Part shown: piece after piece, positions 12,366 to 25,034 of the stretch
How positions within the stretch are numbered: the stretch's first letter is position 1
Layout: every line of letters starts with the position of its first letter
Assembly: GCA_030390025.1 (NCBI GenBank)
Contig: JASTWF010000347.1
Location: forward strand, 248,001-312,000
DNA: 64,000 nt
Reading direction: 5' to 3'
DNA from: Squalus acanthias
Taxonomy: Eukaryota
Translations under genes and position numbers: made by a program
The notes under the pieces: model-generated
What the model was told of the DNA's origin: nothing
What the model saw: the letters and a program-made list of their open reading frames with translations, nothing else
The model's database searches: none

Positions 12366-13540
12366 TGGTAGTTGAAATCCCCGACCATTACTGCCCTATT
12401 GTTTTTGGACTTCAGAAATTTGCCTACATATTTGCTTTTCTATCTCCCTCTGACTGTTTGGGGGTCCATAGTACACCTCCAGCATTGTGGTTGCCCCTTT
12501 TTTGTTCTTCAGTTCAGCGCATGTGGCCTCATTTGCTGATCCTTCTGACAGATCATCCTTTCTCACTCCTTGTATTGAAGTATGTGCCATTAAGCACTGC
12601 CAAACTCCCTTGTTGTCTATTTTCTAGCCTTTGTTTCCTCTGCCTTCCAAACTCACTCACTAATTGTCTGCCTTCCATTTCCAGCTTTGCTTCTCTCCCT
12701 TCTGAATCCACTCTCAGGTTCCCATCCCCCTGCCAGGCTAGTTTAAACTCTCCCCAACAGCACGAGCAAACCCCCTGCGAGGATATTGGTCCCGGCCCTG
12801 CTGAGGTGTGACCCGTCCCGCTTGTACAGGTCCCACCTCCCCCAGAAACGGTTCCAATCCCTCAGGAATCTAAAGCCCTCCCTCCTGCACCATCTCTCCA
12901 GCCACGTATTCATCTGCTCTATCCTCCTGTTTCTGTACTCACTAGCGCATAGCACCGGGAGTAATCCGGAGATTACTGCCTTTCAGGTACAGCTTATTAA
13001 TCTTTTTCCTAGTTCCCTAAATTTGGCCTGCAGGACCTCATCCCTCTTTCTACCTGTCTTTGATACTGATATGGACCACGATCTCTGGCTGTTCACCCTC
13101 CCCCCTCAGAATGTCCTGCAGCCATTCAGTGACATCCTTGACCTTGGCACCAGGGAGGCAACATACCATCCTGGAGTCACGTCTGCGTCCGCAGAAACGC
13201 CTGTCTGTTCCCATAACGATTGAATCCCCTACCACTATTGCTTTCCTGACCTACCCCCACCACCCCGCCCCTCCCCTCTGTGTAGCTGAGCCACCCATGG
13301 TGCAGTGGACTTGGCTCTGGCTGTACTCCCCAGAGGAACCATCGCTCTCACCAGTACCGGTTAGAGATGCATTTGGGTGTGTCCTGCAAGACCTGCCTGG
13401 GGGTCACCCATTCCCTCTCTGCCTGCACACTCTGAAGCTGTGGGGTGATCACCTCCTGAAACGTGCTATCCACGTAGCTCTTAGCCTCGCGGACGCACAG
13501 CAGTGACTGCAGCCGCCGCTCAAGCTCCGTAACCCGGAGC
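12366..13540 (-). mobile_element. CR1 LINE 5' part: degenerate ORF1 (SGNH/GDSL esterase-like) and start of ORF2
   Basis: VGDSIV...CCLPGAKVKDV, MNTWLERWCRREGFRFL and YKRDGSHL motifs in ORFs 13050..13235 and 12743..12955. Confidence 0.85.
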
Positions 13541-13544
13541 TCTG

Positions 13545-13930
13545 ATTGGTTGGAGGACCAACTGCCCACTTGGTCCTCCAGCCCCGATTGGTCCAGAGCT
13601 CCCATCAATCACCCTCAGGCCCCGAACAAGAGCCTCCGGGCCGGGCGTTTGCCCCGAGCGGGGCGGCAGCTGCGGGGCTTTCTCCCGGTGACAGGCCCGG
13701 GTTAACGGCCGCCATCTTGACAGGCTCAGGGGGCAGCAGGGCGCATGCGCGGCCCCCTTGGCCAGGAACCAGGAGGAGAGAATCTTGGCAATTTCTATCC
13801 TGGACTCAGTCATGGCTTTTGGAAACTCCTTTTACAGGCTGAGAAGGGCAGCATTTACACACCGCAAACTCAAACCAAACATCACATCGAGATCTGACAG
13901 AGTCACTCCATTCATCAGGACCTGAATATC
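13545..13930 (+). pseudogene. Truncated ZNF unit remnant: CpG promoter plus acceptor and start of exon 2, cut by an L2 3' end
   Basis: ggccgccatcttg and gcgcatgcgc motifs, then aaactccttttacag and ...catcaggacctgaatatc matching the leader start of the other units; no fingers follow. Confidence 0.7.
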
Positions 13931-16160
13931 AACAACAACAACAACAACAACTTGTATTTATATAGTGCCTTTAATATAGTTAAACGACCCAAGGCGCTTC
14001 ACAGGAGTATTTTAAGACAAAAGATTTGACACCGAGCCACATAAGGAGAAATTAGGGCAGATGACAAAGGTAGGTTTTAAGGAGCATCTTAAAGGAGGAA
14101 AGAGGCGGAGAGGTTTAGGGAGGGAATTCCAGGTTTAGGGAGGGAATTCCAGAGCTTAGGGCCCTGGCAGCTAAAGGCACGGCCACCAAAGGCTGAGCAA
14201 TTATAATCAGGGCTGCTCAAGAGGGCAGAATTAGAGGAGCGCAGATATCCCTGGGGATTGTGGGGCTGAAGGAGATTACAGAGATAGGAAGGGGCGGGGC
14301 CATGGAGAGATTTGAAAACAAGGATGAGAATTTTGAAATCAAGGTGTTGCTTAACCAGGAGCCAATGTAGGTCAGCGAGCACAGGGGTGATGGACGAACG
14401 GGACTTGGTGCGAGTTAGGACATGGGCAGCCGAGTTTTGGATGTGGGAGGCCAGCCAGGAGTGCGTTGGAATAGTCAAGTCTAGAGGTAACAAAGGCATG
14501 GATGAGGGTTTCAGCAGCGGATGAGCTGAGGCGGGGCGGAGACGGGCGATGTTACGGAGTTGGAAATAGGCGGTCTTAGTTATGCTGCGGATGTGTGGTC
14601 GGAAGCTAATTTCAGGGTCAAATATGACACCAAGGCTACAAACAGTGTGGTTCAGCCTCAGACAGATGTTAGGGAGAGGGATGGAGTCAGTGGCTGGGGA
14701 ACGGAGTTTCTGGCGGGGACCGAAAACAATGGCTTCGGTCTTCCCAATATTTAATTGGAGAAAATTTCTGCTCATCCAGAACTGTATGTCGGACAAGCAG
14801 TCTGACAATTTAGAGACTGTGGAGGGGTCGAGAGAAGTGGTAGTGAGGTAGAGCTGGGTGTCGTCAGCGTTCATGTGGAAACTGATGCTGTGTTTTCAGA
14901 TGATGTCGTCATGGGGCAACATGTAGATGAGAAATAGGAGGGGGCCAAGGATAGATCCTTGGGGGACACCAGAGGTAATGATGCGGGAGCGGGAAGAGAG
15001 GCCGTTGCAGGTGATTCTCTGGCTACGATTAGATAGATAAGAATGGAACCAGGCGAGTGCAGTCCCACCCAGCTGGACGACGGTGGAGAGGCCTTGGAGA
15101 AGGATGGAGTGGTCAACCATGTCAAAAGCTGCAGACAAGTCAAGAAGGACGAGGAGGGATAGTTTACCTTTGTCACAGTCACAAGGGATGTCATTTGTGA
15201 ATTTGATGAGAGCCGTTTCGGTACTGTGGCAAGGGCGGAAACCTGATTGGAGGGATTCAAACATGGAGTTGCGGGAAAGATGGGTACGGATTTGGGAAGC
15301 GACAACACGTTCAAGGATTTTGGAGAGGAAAGGGAGGTTGGAGATGGGGCGGTAGTTTGCAAGGATGGAGGAGTCAAGGATTGTTTTTTAGGGAGTAGGG
15401 TGATGACGGCAGATTTGAGGGAGAGGGGGACAGTACCTGAGGAGAGAAAACTGTTAACAATGTCAGCTAACATGGGAGCCAGAAAAGGTTGTTGGGTGGT
15501 CAGCAGTTTGGTGGGAATAGGGTCGAGGGAGCAGGAAGTGGGTCTCATGGACAAGATGAGCGTGGAGAGGTCATGAGGGGAGATCAGAGAGAAACTGGAG
15601 AAAGATGTGAGTTCAAGGCTAAGGCAGGGAGGAACCTTAGAGGAAGTTTGGCCCAGTGGGCGAGGGGAAGGAAGGGAAGTGGCAGAGACAGCTGAACGGA
15701 TAGTCTCAATCTTAGAGAGAAAGAAGTCCATGAGGTCCTGACACTTGTTGTCGGAGGTGAGGGTGGAGAAGACAGGGGAGAGGGGTTTAAGAAGACGGTT
15801 AGCAGTAGAGAATAGGAGCCGGGGTTTATTTTTGCATTCCAGAATGATTCTGGAATGTGAGCAATTTTGGCAGATGAGAACAGGGCCCGATAATGCTTTA
15901 TGTGGTCCAGCCAGATCTGGCGGTGAATGGCTAAACCAGTTGTCCACCATATCCGTTCAAGTCAGCGTCCCTTGGACTTAAGAGAGCGAAGATGAGAGCC
16001 GTACCGGGGGAATGGCCAGGGTGAGAGAGAGTAATTGTTTTAATAGGGACTAGGGCATCAAAGGTGGTGGTGAGGGTGTGGCTGAGCAGATCGGTAGCTG
16101 CAGAAATGTCATGGTGAATGGAGGGCCAAAGGCTGGACAGTTGGGATTTCATAAGTGCAG
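13931..16160 (-). mobile_element. L2-clade LINE, frameshifted ORF2 with 3' tail
   Basis: QSGFRPCHSTETAL, LLDLSAAFD, GVPQGSILGPLLF and ADDTQLY motifs across three frames; (caa)n tail at 13930. Confidence 0.92.
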
Positions 16161-16940
16161 CTACACTGGGCTCTGCCTCTGTTAGTATTACCGCACACCT
16201 CACTCTGTTATTACTGCACTGGTCCCTGGCTCCTTGATTATTACACTGGGCTCTGCCTCTGTTAGTATTATCGCACACCTCACTGTGTTATTATTGCACT
16301 AGTCCCTGGCTCCTTGATTATTACACTAGGCTCTGCCTCTGTTAGTATTACCGCACACCTCACTCTGTTATTACTGCACTGGTCCCTGGCTCCTTGATTA
16401 TTACACTAGGCTCTGCCTCTGTTAGTATTACCGCACACCTCACTCTGTTATTACTGCACTGGTCCCTGGCTCCTTGATTATTACACTAGGCTCTGCCTCT
16501 GTTAGTATTACCGCACACCTCACTCTGTTATTACTGCACTAGTCCCTGGCTCCTTGATTATTACACTAGGCTCTGCCTCTGTTAGTATTACCACACACCT
16601 CACTCTGTTATTACTGCACTGGTCCCTGACTCCTTGATTATTATGATGCGGAGATGCCGGTGTTGGACTGGGGTGGACAAAAATGAGAAGTCGCACAACA
16701 CCAGGTTATAGTCCAACAGCTTTATTTGAAATCACAAGCTTTCGGAGCGCTGCTCCTTCATCTCTGCCTCTGTTAGTATTCCCACACACCTCACTCTGTT
16801 ATTACTGCACTAGTCCCTGGCTCCTTGATTATTACACTAGGCTCTGCCTCTGTTAGTATTACTGCACACCTCACTCTGTTATTATTGCACTAGTCCCTGG
16901 CTCCTTGATTATTACACTAGGCTCTGCCTCTGTTAGTCTT
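16161..16940. repeat. 80-bp minisatellite, ~8 copies, interrupted at 16644-16761
   Basis: Units start at 16161, 16241, 16321, 16401, 16481 and 16561; the array resumes near 16761. Confidence 0.95.
16644..16761 (-). mobile_element. Probable Penelope-like 3' terminus with a 5'-clipped hammerhead motif
   Basis: Minus strand reads GATGA-AGGAGC-AGC-GCTCC-GAAA-GCTT then AATAAA; family assignment is inferred. Confidence 0.55.
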
Positions 16941-17153
16941 TCACCAGGGCCCTGATTATTGTTGCACTGGAGCCTGTCTAATGTCACTATGACAACCCAC
17001 CCTTTGTCCTTCGCCTAATCAGGCAATGTTATGATCTCATGTCATTAACAGTAGAGATAAATTCACAGCGATCGTATTATGAACATAGGAACAGGAGTTT
17101 TGTTAGAATGGTACCAGAAGATGAGGGACTTCAGTTACGTGGAGAGACTAGAC

Positions 17154-17523
17154 AATCATAGAATGATACAACCCAGGAGGAGGCCATTCTGCCCATGTGC
17201 CTGTGCCGGCTCTTTGAAAGATTCTATCCAATTAGTCCCCCTCCCCCTGCAATTTTTGCCCCATCAAGTATTTATCTAATTCCCTTTTGAAAGTTACTAT
17301 TGAATCTGCTTCCACCCCCCTTTCAGGCAGCGCATTCCAGATCACAACAACTCGCTGCATAAAAAAAAATCTCCTCATCTCGCCCTCTTGTTCTTTTGCC
17401 TATTATCTTAAATCTGTGCCCTCTGGTTACCGACCCTCCTGCCAGTGGAAACAGTTTCTCCCCGTCTACTCCATCAAAACACTTCATGATTTTGAACACC
17501 TCTATTAAATCTCCCCTTAACCT
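17154..17523 (-). mobile_element. CR1 3' end abutting the BTB stop codon
   Basis: RLRGDLIEVFKIMK...FFMQRVV on the minus strand; terminal attctatgatt. Confidence 0.9.
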
Positions 17524-17524
17524 A

Positions 17525-18841
17525 CTAACATTTCTCCCAGATGGTCTGACCGATGAGGTGCAGCTTCATCATGCCGTCGCTGATGTACTTGTCCCGCTCC
17601 AATAGGGGGATCAGATCGTTTATCTCGGCACTCCCCGTGTGTGGGACCTCGAGGGTCTTCACGTCACACACAAACCACTCTCCATTGGCGCATTGGTAGA
17701 GCAGAACATTCAGCTTGTGAGAGTGTTTCTCGTCAGCTGGATCACAGCTGCTCACCGAGACAGATAGAGTGGAAAAGTCATCCTCCTGCCAAACCTGCTC
17801 GTACCCCATGCGATTGTTGTAGTGGCTCCTACGCTGCTGGGTTGCAATCCTTTGACCTTGTGGGTAAAAGGTGACATTCCATTGAGTCTTCAGATGGAAA
17901 AGTCTGGTGGATAGGGATACCCCAAGAGCTGTTTTATTCATTGCCTGATATCCTGTGATGTCCCAGGGGTGGCTGAAACATCCCGATGTATAAAGCCTCA
18001 TGGTAAATGGGATGGCAGTGATGTCATGGTATTGGCTGATGGTGTCCGTGGGCAAAAGGTGCGCTTGGTAGACCAGCAGGCTCTCACGGAGCAGGTAGGA
18101 AGAGATGGCCTCGGGTAGGCTTCCTGGGGCTTGGAGGTCAAACAGCTTCTCCGGGGACATCATAGGATACCGAACACGGGGCAGCATTTCCTCAGCGTGG
18201 GCGGGATGCAGGGAGAGCCACCTAACCAGGGCTTGGAAAAGGACCACTTCATCTTCAACCACCATGTCGGACCTTTGGAGAAGAGCCGAGAGTTGGGGAG
18301 GTTCCATCGACGTCCAATCTGGGGACCTGATCACGGTACCGATGTTCCAGGCTATAAACCTGAGGCATTCCTCTTCCAGTTGGCCAAGGCCTATCAGCTT
18401 GGCGTATCTCTGCCAAGTGATGGCACGGTTGGAGGTGCCCGGGGCGGCCACGTTGGCCAACATGAACCGCCGGCAGCTTTCTCTCAGCTCCTGGACGTTG
18501 TACTTCTCCGACAGAGCATGAAGGGGAAGCACGTTCTCGGTGCTGAGGGTGACACTCCCGCTGTAAAGGTACCTCAGGAAGCCCTTGAAGTAGGCCAGGC
18601 AGTCCTCTTCCTCAGTGAGGTGGACAACCTGTCCTTTGGCGTCTGACCAACGCTCGGTGTCCAACAGAGCCTTGAAGACGTCGCTGCGCACGACCAAGAT
18701 GAACCTGTGGGCGTTCAGCACGAACTTCTTGTTGACGATCAGTTGGATGTCACTGAGCTCCTCCTTGTTGAACAGGGCGGAGAGGGTCCCGATGAAGCTG
18801 TTCTGGTGATCCAGAGTCTCCGAGGGTCCCATGGCATCCAT
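17525..18841 (-). CDS. Intronless BTB/POZ-BACK protein with a MATH/TRAF-like C-terminus (435-438 aa)
   Basis: Intact ORF. BTB: LSDIQLIV...AHRFILVVRSDVF...FLRYLYSG...KYNVQELRESC. BACK: LEEECLRFI...LLQRSDMVVEDEVVLFQALVRW...VRYPMM. C-terminal WNVTFYPQG...YISDGMMKL resembles MATH. Kozak GCCATGG at 18832. Confidence 0.85.
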   Translation of the reverse strand: MDAMGPSETLDHQNSFIGTLSALFNKEELSDIQLIVNKKFVLNAHRFILVVRSDVFKALLDTERWSDAKGQVVHLTEEEDCLAYFKGFLRYLYSGSVTLSTENVLPLHALSEKYNVQELRESCRRFMLANVAAPGTSNRAITWQRYAKLIGLGQLEEECLRFIAWNIGTVIRSPDWTSMEPPQLSALLQRSDMVVEDEVVLFQALVRWLSLHPAHAEEMLPRVRYPMMSPEKLFDLQAPGSLPEAISSYLLRESLLVYQAHLLPTDTISQYHDITAIPFTMRLYTSGCFSHPWDITGYQAMNKTALGVSLSTRLFHLKTQWNVTFYPQGQRIATQQRRSHYNNRMGYEQVWQEDDFSTLSVSVSSCDPADEKHSHKLNVLLYQCANGEWFVCDVKTLEVPHTGSAEINDLIPLLERDKYISDGMMKLHLIGQTIWEKC

Positions 18842-18864
18842 CACCTGGCAGTGAAGTGCAAACG

Positions 18865-19340
18865 GTTATTAATTGGTTCGGAGGTAGGAGACAGCGAGCA
18901 GGGATAATGGATTCCACTCCAATTGGCAGGATGTGACTAGTGGTGTCCCCCAGGGATCTGTTCTGGGGCCTCAGCGATTCACTATATAAGCAGCTTGGAT
19001 GAAGGAATAGTGAGCCGTATATCTAAGTTTGCTGACAACACTAAGTTAGGTGGTACAGTAAGATGTGTAGATGGGAGCAGAAAGTTGCAAAGGGACAGAG
19101 ACAGATTAGGTGAGTGTGCAAAACTGTGGCAGAACAGTTTATGTTCTTAGGCACTGTTGGCCTTTATCTCGAGGGGGCTGCAATACAAAGGGGTGGGAGT
19201 TATGCTTCAGTTGTATAAAGCTCTGGTCAGAGCCCATCTGGAGAACTGTGTTCAGTTGTGGGCACCGCACCTCAGGAAGGATAGACTGGCCTTGGAGGGG
19301 GTGCTGCACAGATTCACCAGAATGATTAAAAGAAAAGTCT
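18865..19340 (+). mobile_element. Degenerate CR1 RT fragment
   Basis: VTSGVPQGSVLGP, KFADNTKL and LYKALVRAHLE remnants. Confidence 0.85.
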
Positions 19341-19350
19341 AGACGCACAG

Positions 19351-19806
19351 TGTCAGCTGTGGCTCAGTGGGTAGCACTCTCGCCTCTGAGTCAGAAGGTT
19401 GTGGGTTCAAGTCCCACTCCAGAGACTTGAGCACAGGAATCCAGGCTGACACTCCAGTGCAGTACTGACGGAGTGCGGCACTGTCGGAGGTGCCGTCTTT
19501 AGGATGAGATGTTAAACCGAGGCCCCGCCTGCTCTCTCAGGTGGATGTAAAAGATCCCATGGCACTACTTCGAAGAAGAGCAGGGGAGTTATCCTCGGGG
19601 TCCTGGCCAATATTTCTCCTTCAACTAACATAACAAAAACAGATTATCTGGTCATTTTCACTGTTTGTGGGAGCTTGCTGTGCGCAAATTGGCTGCTGCG
19701 TTTCCCACATTACAACAGTGACTCCACTTCAAACGTACTTCATTGGCTGTAAAGCGCTTTGAGACGTCCGGTGGTCGTGAAAGGCGATATATAAATGCAA
19801 GTCTTT
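19351..19806 (+). mobile_element. Full-length tRNA-derived Deu-SINE (SacSINE1-like)
   Basis: A box tggctcagtggg, B box ggttcaagtccc, Deu-like core (gatgagatgttaaaccgaggcccc...ggatgtaaaagatcccatggcac) and L2-like tail ending aaatgcaagtct. Confidence 0.85.
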
Positions 19807-19886
19807 CTCTCTCTGTCTGTGTGTCTCTCTTTGTTTGTTTCTCTCTGTCTCTCCCACTCTCTCTGCCTCTCCCACTCTCTCTGCCT

Positions 19887-21447
19887 AGAATCATAGAATG
19901 GTTACAGCACAGAAGGAGGCCATTCGGCCCGTTGAGCCCGTGCCGGCTCTCTGCAAGATCACTTCAGCTAGTCCCACTCCCCCGCCCTTTCCCCGTAGCC
20001 CTGCAAATTTATTTCCTTCAGGTACTTATCCAATTCCCTTTTGAAAGCTGTGATTGAATCTGCCTCCACCACCCTTTCAGGCAGTGCATTCCAGATCCGA
20101 ACCACTCGCTGCGTAAAAACGTTTCATCTTACATCACCTTTGGTTCTTTTGCCAATCACCTTAAATCTGTGTCCTCTGGTTCTCGACCCTTCTGCCAATG
20201 GGAACAGTTTCTCTCTATCTACTCTGTCCAGACCCCTCATGATTTTGAACACCTCTATCAAATCTCCTCTCAATCTTCTCTGCTCTAAGGAGAACAATCC
20301 CAGCTTCTCCAACCTATCCACATAACTGAAGTCCCTCATTCCTGGAATAATTCTCCTAAATCTTTTCTGCACCCTCTCTAAGGCCTTCACATCCTTCCTA
20401 AAGTGCGGTGCCCAGAATTGGACACAATACTCCAGTTGGGGCCGAACCAGTGTTTTATACAGGTTCATCATAATTTCCACACTTTTATACTCTATACCTC
20501 TATTCATGAAGCCCAGGATCCTATAAGCCTTTTTAACTGCTTTCTCAACCTGCCCTGACACCTTCAACAATTTGTGCATACATACCCCTAGGTCTCTCTG
20601 TTCGTGCACCCACTTTAGGATTGTACCCTTTAGTTTATATTTCCTCTCCTCATTCTTTCCACCAAAATGTATCACTTCACACTTTTCTGCGTTAAATTTC
20701 ATCTGCCACGTGTCCGCCCATTCCACCAGCCTGTTTATGTCTTCCTGAAGTCTATCACTCTCCTCCTCACTGTTCACTATATTTCCAAGTTTTGTGTCAT
20801 CTGCAAATTTTGAACTTGTGCCCTGTACACCCAAGTCCAAATCATTAATATATATCTATGGAGGATTGGAATATTATAGCCAATACCTCCGTGATTTCCT
20901 CCCTCAATTCCCTCAGCATCCTAGGATGCATCCCATCTGCTCCTGGTGATTTATCTACTTTAAGTACAGCCAGCCTTTCTAATACCTCTTTATCAATTTT
21001 TATCCTATCAAGTGTCTCCACTACCTCCTCGTTCACGATGTCTATGGCAGCATCCTCTTCCTTGGTGAAGACAGATGCAAAGTACTCGTTTAGCACCTCA
21101 GCTATGCCCTCTGCCTCCATGCATAGGTCTCCTTTTTGGTCCCTAATTGGCCCCACCCCTCCTCTTACTACCCTTTTACTATTTAAATGCCTATAGAAGG
21201 CTTTTGGATTACCTTTTATGTTGGCTGCCATTCTATTCTCATAACTTCTCCTTGTCCCTCTTATTTTTTTTCCACTTCTCCTCAGACCTTTCTATATAGA
21301 GCCTGATTCTCAGATGTATTTGCAACCAGACATCTGTTATATGTGCTCTTTTTCTGCTTCATCATATTGGCTATCTGTTTCGTCATCCAGGGAGCTCTGA
21401 CTTTAGTTGCCCTATGTTTCCCCCTCGTGGGAATGTACCTCGACTGT
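19887..21447 (-). mobile_element. CR1 LINE, internally deleted
   Basis: ORFs 20124..20840 and 20845..21231; 3' tail near 19890. Confidence 0.93.
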
Positions 21448-21449
21448 AC

Positions 21450-24335
21450 TAAAAAAAAAAGGGAAAAAAAGAGAAACCTTAAGTTTTACCAACATGGAAG
21501 TTATTAATGTTTGTGCCGAGAGAAATAAAACAAGATTGCTGGGTGAAAGGAACCTTAAAAAATTCAGGAATTTCAGTTTGTGTGAAAGTGTGTGTTAAAG
21601 TGTGAAAGTATTCCTGACTATGAATGTTTAAGAAGTTACAGTATTCCTTTTGTCTGAAAGTCTGTCTTAAAAGAAAGAAAATGTCTGTTGTGTGTGTTTT
21701 AGCTCCACCCACTTCTCTGTGTAAAAAAAAGCGTTTAAAAACTTTTGTCTTGTCTTGGATTTTGGAAGTTTTAAGAATGTACGAACAAGATTGTGCACCC
21801 AGAATTGGAAAAAAAACTTTGAACTACAATTTAAGTTAAGCTGGTGTGGAAAAACTGAGAAAAACAAAAAGTTTGTTCAACAAAAGATTAAGTTCCAGTC
21901 TAAAATTTAACCTTGGAGTCGCAGTTGCTGTGGTGAAATTTCCCAAAGCAGTTTGATTTGATCTGTTTAAATGTGGAAAAAACTAATTCTTCTCCAGTTA
22001 TATTCAATGTTTTTACAGTCATTTGGAAAGGCATCCGATGAAAGGACAATAAGAAATATGACGTAATTTACTGTTTTCTGCAAGCATGTGTTATTTTGTT
22101 TTGTTTTATCTCTTCTGTTCGTGTTTAGTTAAATTGTGAAAAACACAACTGTCTTTTTCGATTGGGAAAGTTTTTTAAAATTTACGTGAAGTGACGCAAT
22201 TGCATGTGCCTGACAATGTTTCGCTCCACCTTCTTAAAACCTGCAAAGGAGTTAACCCTTTCCACTGACAGCTGATTAAGTTCACCAAGCAACAACTATA
22301 GTATTGCTGAATGAAATTTAACGGTATTGGACATTATTAAATTTAAGTTTCTTAATTTTAAGTTAATATTTTCCCACAGTGACAGAAGGAAAATTATGAT
22401 TTGATAAATTAACCCCTTGGGTTCTTAAGCAGGGCCACAATTCTCTTCTTTCTTTTGTTATATGGAAGTTACCCTGTAAACTAATTGCAGCACTTCTGTC
22501 TCTAATGTTAAAACACTGTGTAAGCCACCTAGTCTGGGAATCACTTGTTTCTGAAATTGGAACTGATAAGATAAATTGATAGAAATTAAATTGAACAATG
22601 ACAAAACCAGTCAGTTCAACAGTACTGCTGTTTGGATTTTGGGATAATTTTGAAATGACAAAATGGACTCAGGCACTATATAATAGGTTACTTTTGGGAA
22701 AATAAAAGATCCTCTAAAATAATGATAACTAAAAAGACATAATAACTTGGACTAAGTGAGAACATTTGATCTATGTTTTCTATCTTAAATATTGTACTGG
22801 ACAGTAAAGTTCCTCCAGGGCTCATGAATGAGATATCAATGGTAATTAATGGGATGTGTAAAATGGAGAGAGGACGTGATTGAAGGTGTAAGATTGAAAC
22901 AGGAGAATTACACTGCTGAATGGGAATTTTAAAAACTTTCTGGTGAAAGTCAGGGAAGTGTAGCTAAGAATAGTAAATTGATAGCTTTCTCTTGGAGATA
23001 TTTGTGTCCCTGCCTATATTGAACCTTTTAAGAAAACTGAATTTGATAGCCCGGCCACTACCCAAGACATCGGGACCAAGCAGAGGAAGATGAGCAAAGA
23101 TCTCCAGACAACTACAATCTTTTGATAGGATACCTGAAAGCCCGAGAAAGGCTTGTATCGGATGGCACGTGTGGCATGGATTGGAGATACCGATATGAGT
23201 GTGGAAATGTGATTTGTTACGTATGAAGCAATTACCTTCTGGAAATGCACGGTGAGTTTGCACTGAAGAACGGGTCTCAGATATGCTCAGTTACTTGACA
23301 ACAGCACAACATGAAATGGTTAATGTGGTTCAGGAGAGTGAGACAACTTTAAAGCATTGACACATACTCCATTGAGAAACTATCTAATTAATGAAACAAT
23401 CAGAATAGAGTTAAACACACTGGTACCTGTTAGAGGGATTGAAATTGAAGTTGAAGAATTTGGATTGGGGTTGATTAGATGTTAAATTGTAATATCGCGT
23501 AAAATGATTGCAAGAATGAATTTAACTGTAACTGTAATAATTATGTTTTGTAGATAACAGCGTGGGGAAAAACCAGTACGAATCCAGTATGAGGTGGTTT
23601 TGGTGGTGCCTCCTGTGTCACTACTACCGCAACTACCATGCATTACGGGTCTAACAGGACCTGTCCCATCAACCAACATGTTTTTAAGTATGAGCGGCAC
23701 AATTATGTGGCACAATTTGGATACGACATTCTCCTGTTGTTTGAGGGTTTCAGTGAGCTTGTGATGCGACTGAACTCTTCCCTAAAGCATTTTTATGTTT
23801 TGGAGCAAGACAACTCGAGAATAGATATTGAACTTGACAACATAAGGGACAACTCACACTGGTGGGATATTGAGCTTAATATATCAGCACGTCCTTAGGT
23901 TTGTAGTATTTCACACGCTCTGGTAGTTCTCCAATTGTAATGATAGTGTATTTGATATATGTAACCCGTGTAGTAAGACTTTGAACTATGTAAGATCAGA
24001 AGTTTGATTAAGATCTACCCAGTTAAACACACATGCCACAAGGTAGGGAGTCAAAAATTGTTAGGACTAATAAAATAATATAAGGAGGGACATAGAAATT
24101 CCTCCTTGGATTACGATAATTTCCCATGTACTGGTCATAACCCAACTCGTCGTGCTGATATGCTTACTATTCTACACCTGCTACTTGAGATACCTAATGT
24201 ACAAAACCTGATCGCGTTTAAACATAATCACAGCCCAGAATATCTTAGAGTTACGTAAATGTGGGAGAACAAACCCATATGTAAGATTTTAGTTTTGCGG
24301 CGTCGGCAAAATGCCTCGCCCTCAAGGTAGGGATC
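21450..24335 (+). mobile_element. Degenerate internal region of an LTR retroelement with env-like C-terminal remnants
   Basis: Lies directly upstream of a PPT and LTR; heptad-like segment followed by WWD and hydrophobic TM-like segments (23640-24210); no pol motifs seen. Confidence 0.5.
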
Positions 24336-25034
24336 TGTAGGATAGAGTGTACCTGTAGGATTTAGTAAACATTGTTAAGATTCTGTAACCATTGTTAAAT
24401 AACTGTAATATGTGAAATTGTATGTTAAAAACCTAAAAAGCCTGTATAAAATGGCGAATGGTTGAGAAGCAAAACATGATGGTAAATTATGCCAACTTGA
24501 TGTAATTCTGTAGAATGGTCTGTTAAGTAAACAAGGAGATAGTGGGGAACAAGAAATTCAGCAACATTGCAAAAGAAGAGGGGGCTGGAGACAGTCACCA
24601 CTCCCTGTCTTCTCAAATAGGCAGAACCGGCTAAACAATGAGCTGATTAAAAAGCAAAAAGACATCTGTGAGAATTTAGTGTGAAGGTTGTTCTCAGATA
24701 AGGATAGCTTGCTTACTAACTGCCACATCGGCAAAATGGAGGAGAAAGGGTCTAAATATCCAGGTATTGAACATTCAAAGCAGCGCAAAGCCAGAGGAAG
24801 AAGAAACTTCAGTCAACAGAACACAGCAAGAGAATAAAGAGACGGCGCCACAGTCACTGGGAAGGAACACCAGGGTTCGATGAACAGACTGTGACTATCT
24901 TCTTGTTAAGTATTACTTCTTTGTACCGGATGTTTAATGCTTAATAAACCTGTTTTACTGATACACAATATACCTATACCCAGAGTGGTTGGTGTAGTCA
25001 TGGACAAATTAATTCAGAGCTTTTAAAAGCTACA
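24336..25034 (+). mobile_element. 3' LTR (~699 bp)
   Basis: Inverted ends TGTAG...CTACA, preceded by purine tract AAGGTAGGGA; TATAAAA near 24445; AATAAA near 24943; CR1 sequence starts abruptly after 25034. Confidence 0.75.

Noticed and set aside
11792..12811. 339-aa ORF
   Set aside because: CR1 C-terminus reading through into the antisense strand of another CR1
16161..16940. CRISPR-like array (also 11391-11643, 31215-31745 and 57494-57715)
   Set aside because: Head-to-tail units without unique spacers, no cas genes, and a vertebrate context
18105..18809. Plus-strand ORFs over the BTB gene, and similar antisense ORFs over CR1 and ZNF sequence
   Set aside because: Antisense or alternate-frame shadows of real coding sequence
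19351..19430. tRNA gene (also at 27990-28060, 32990-33070 and 62790-62882)
   Set aside because: A and B boxes continue into SINE bodies; these are SINE heads
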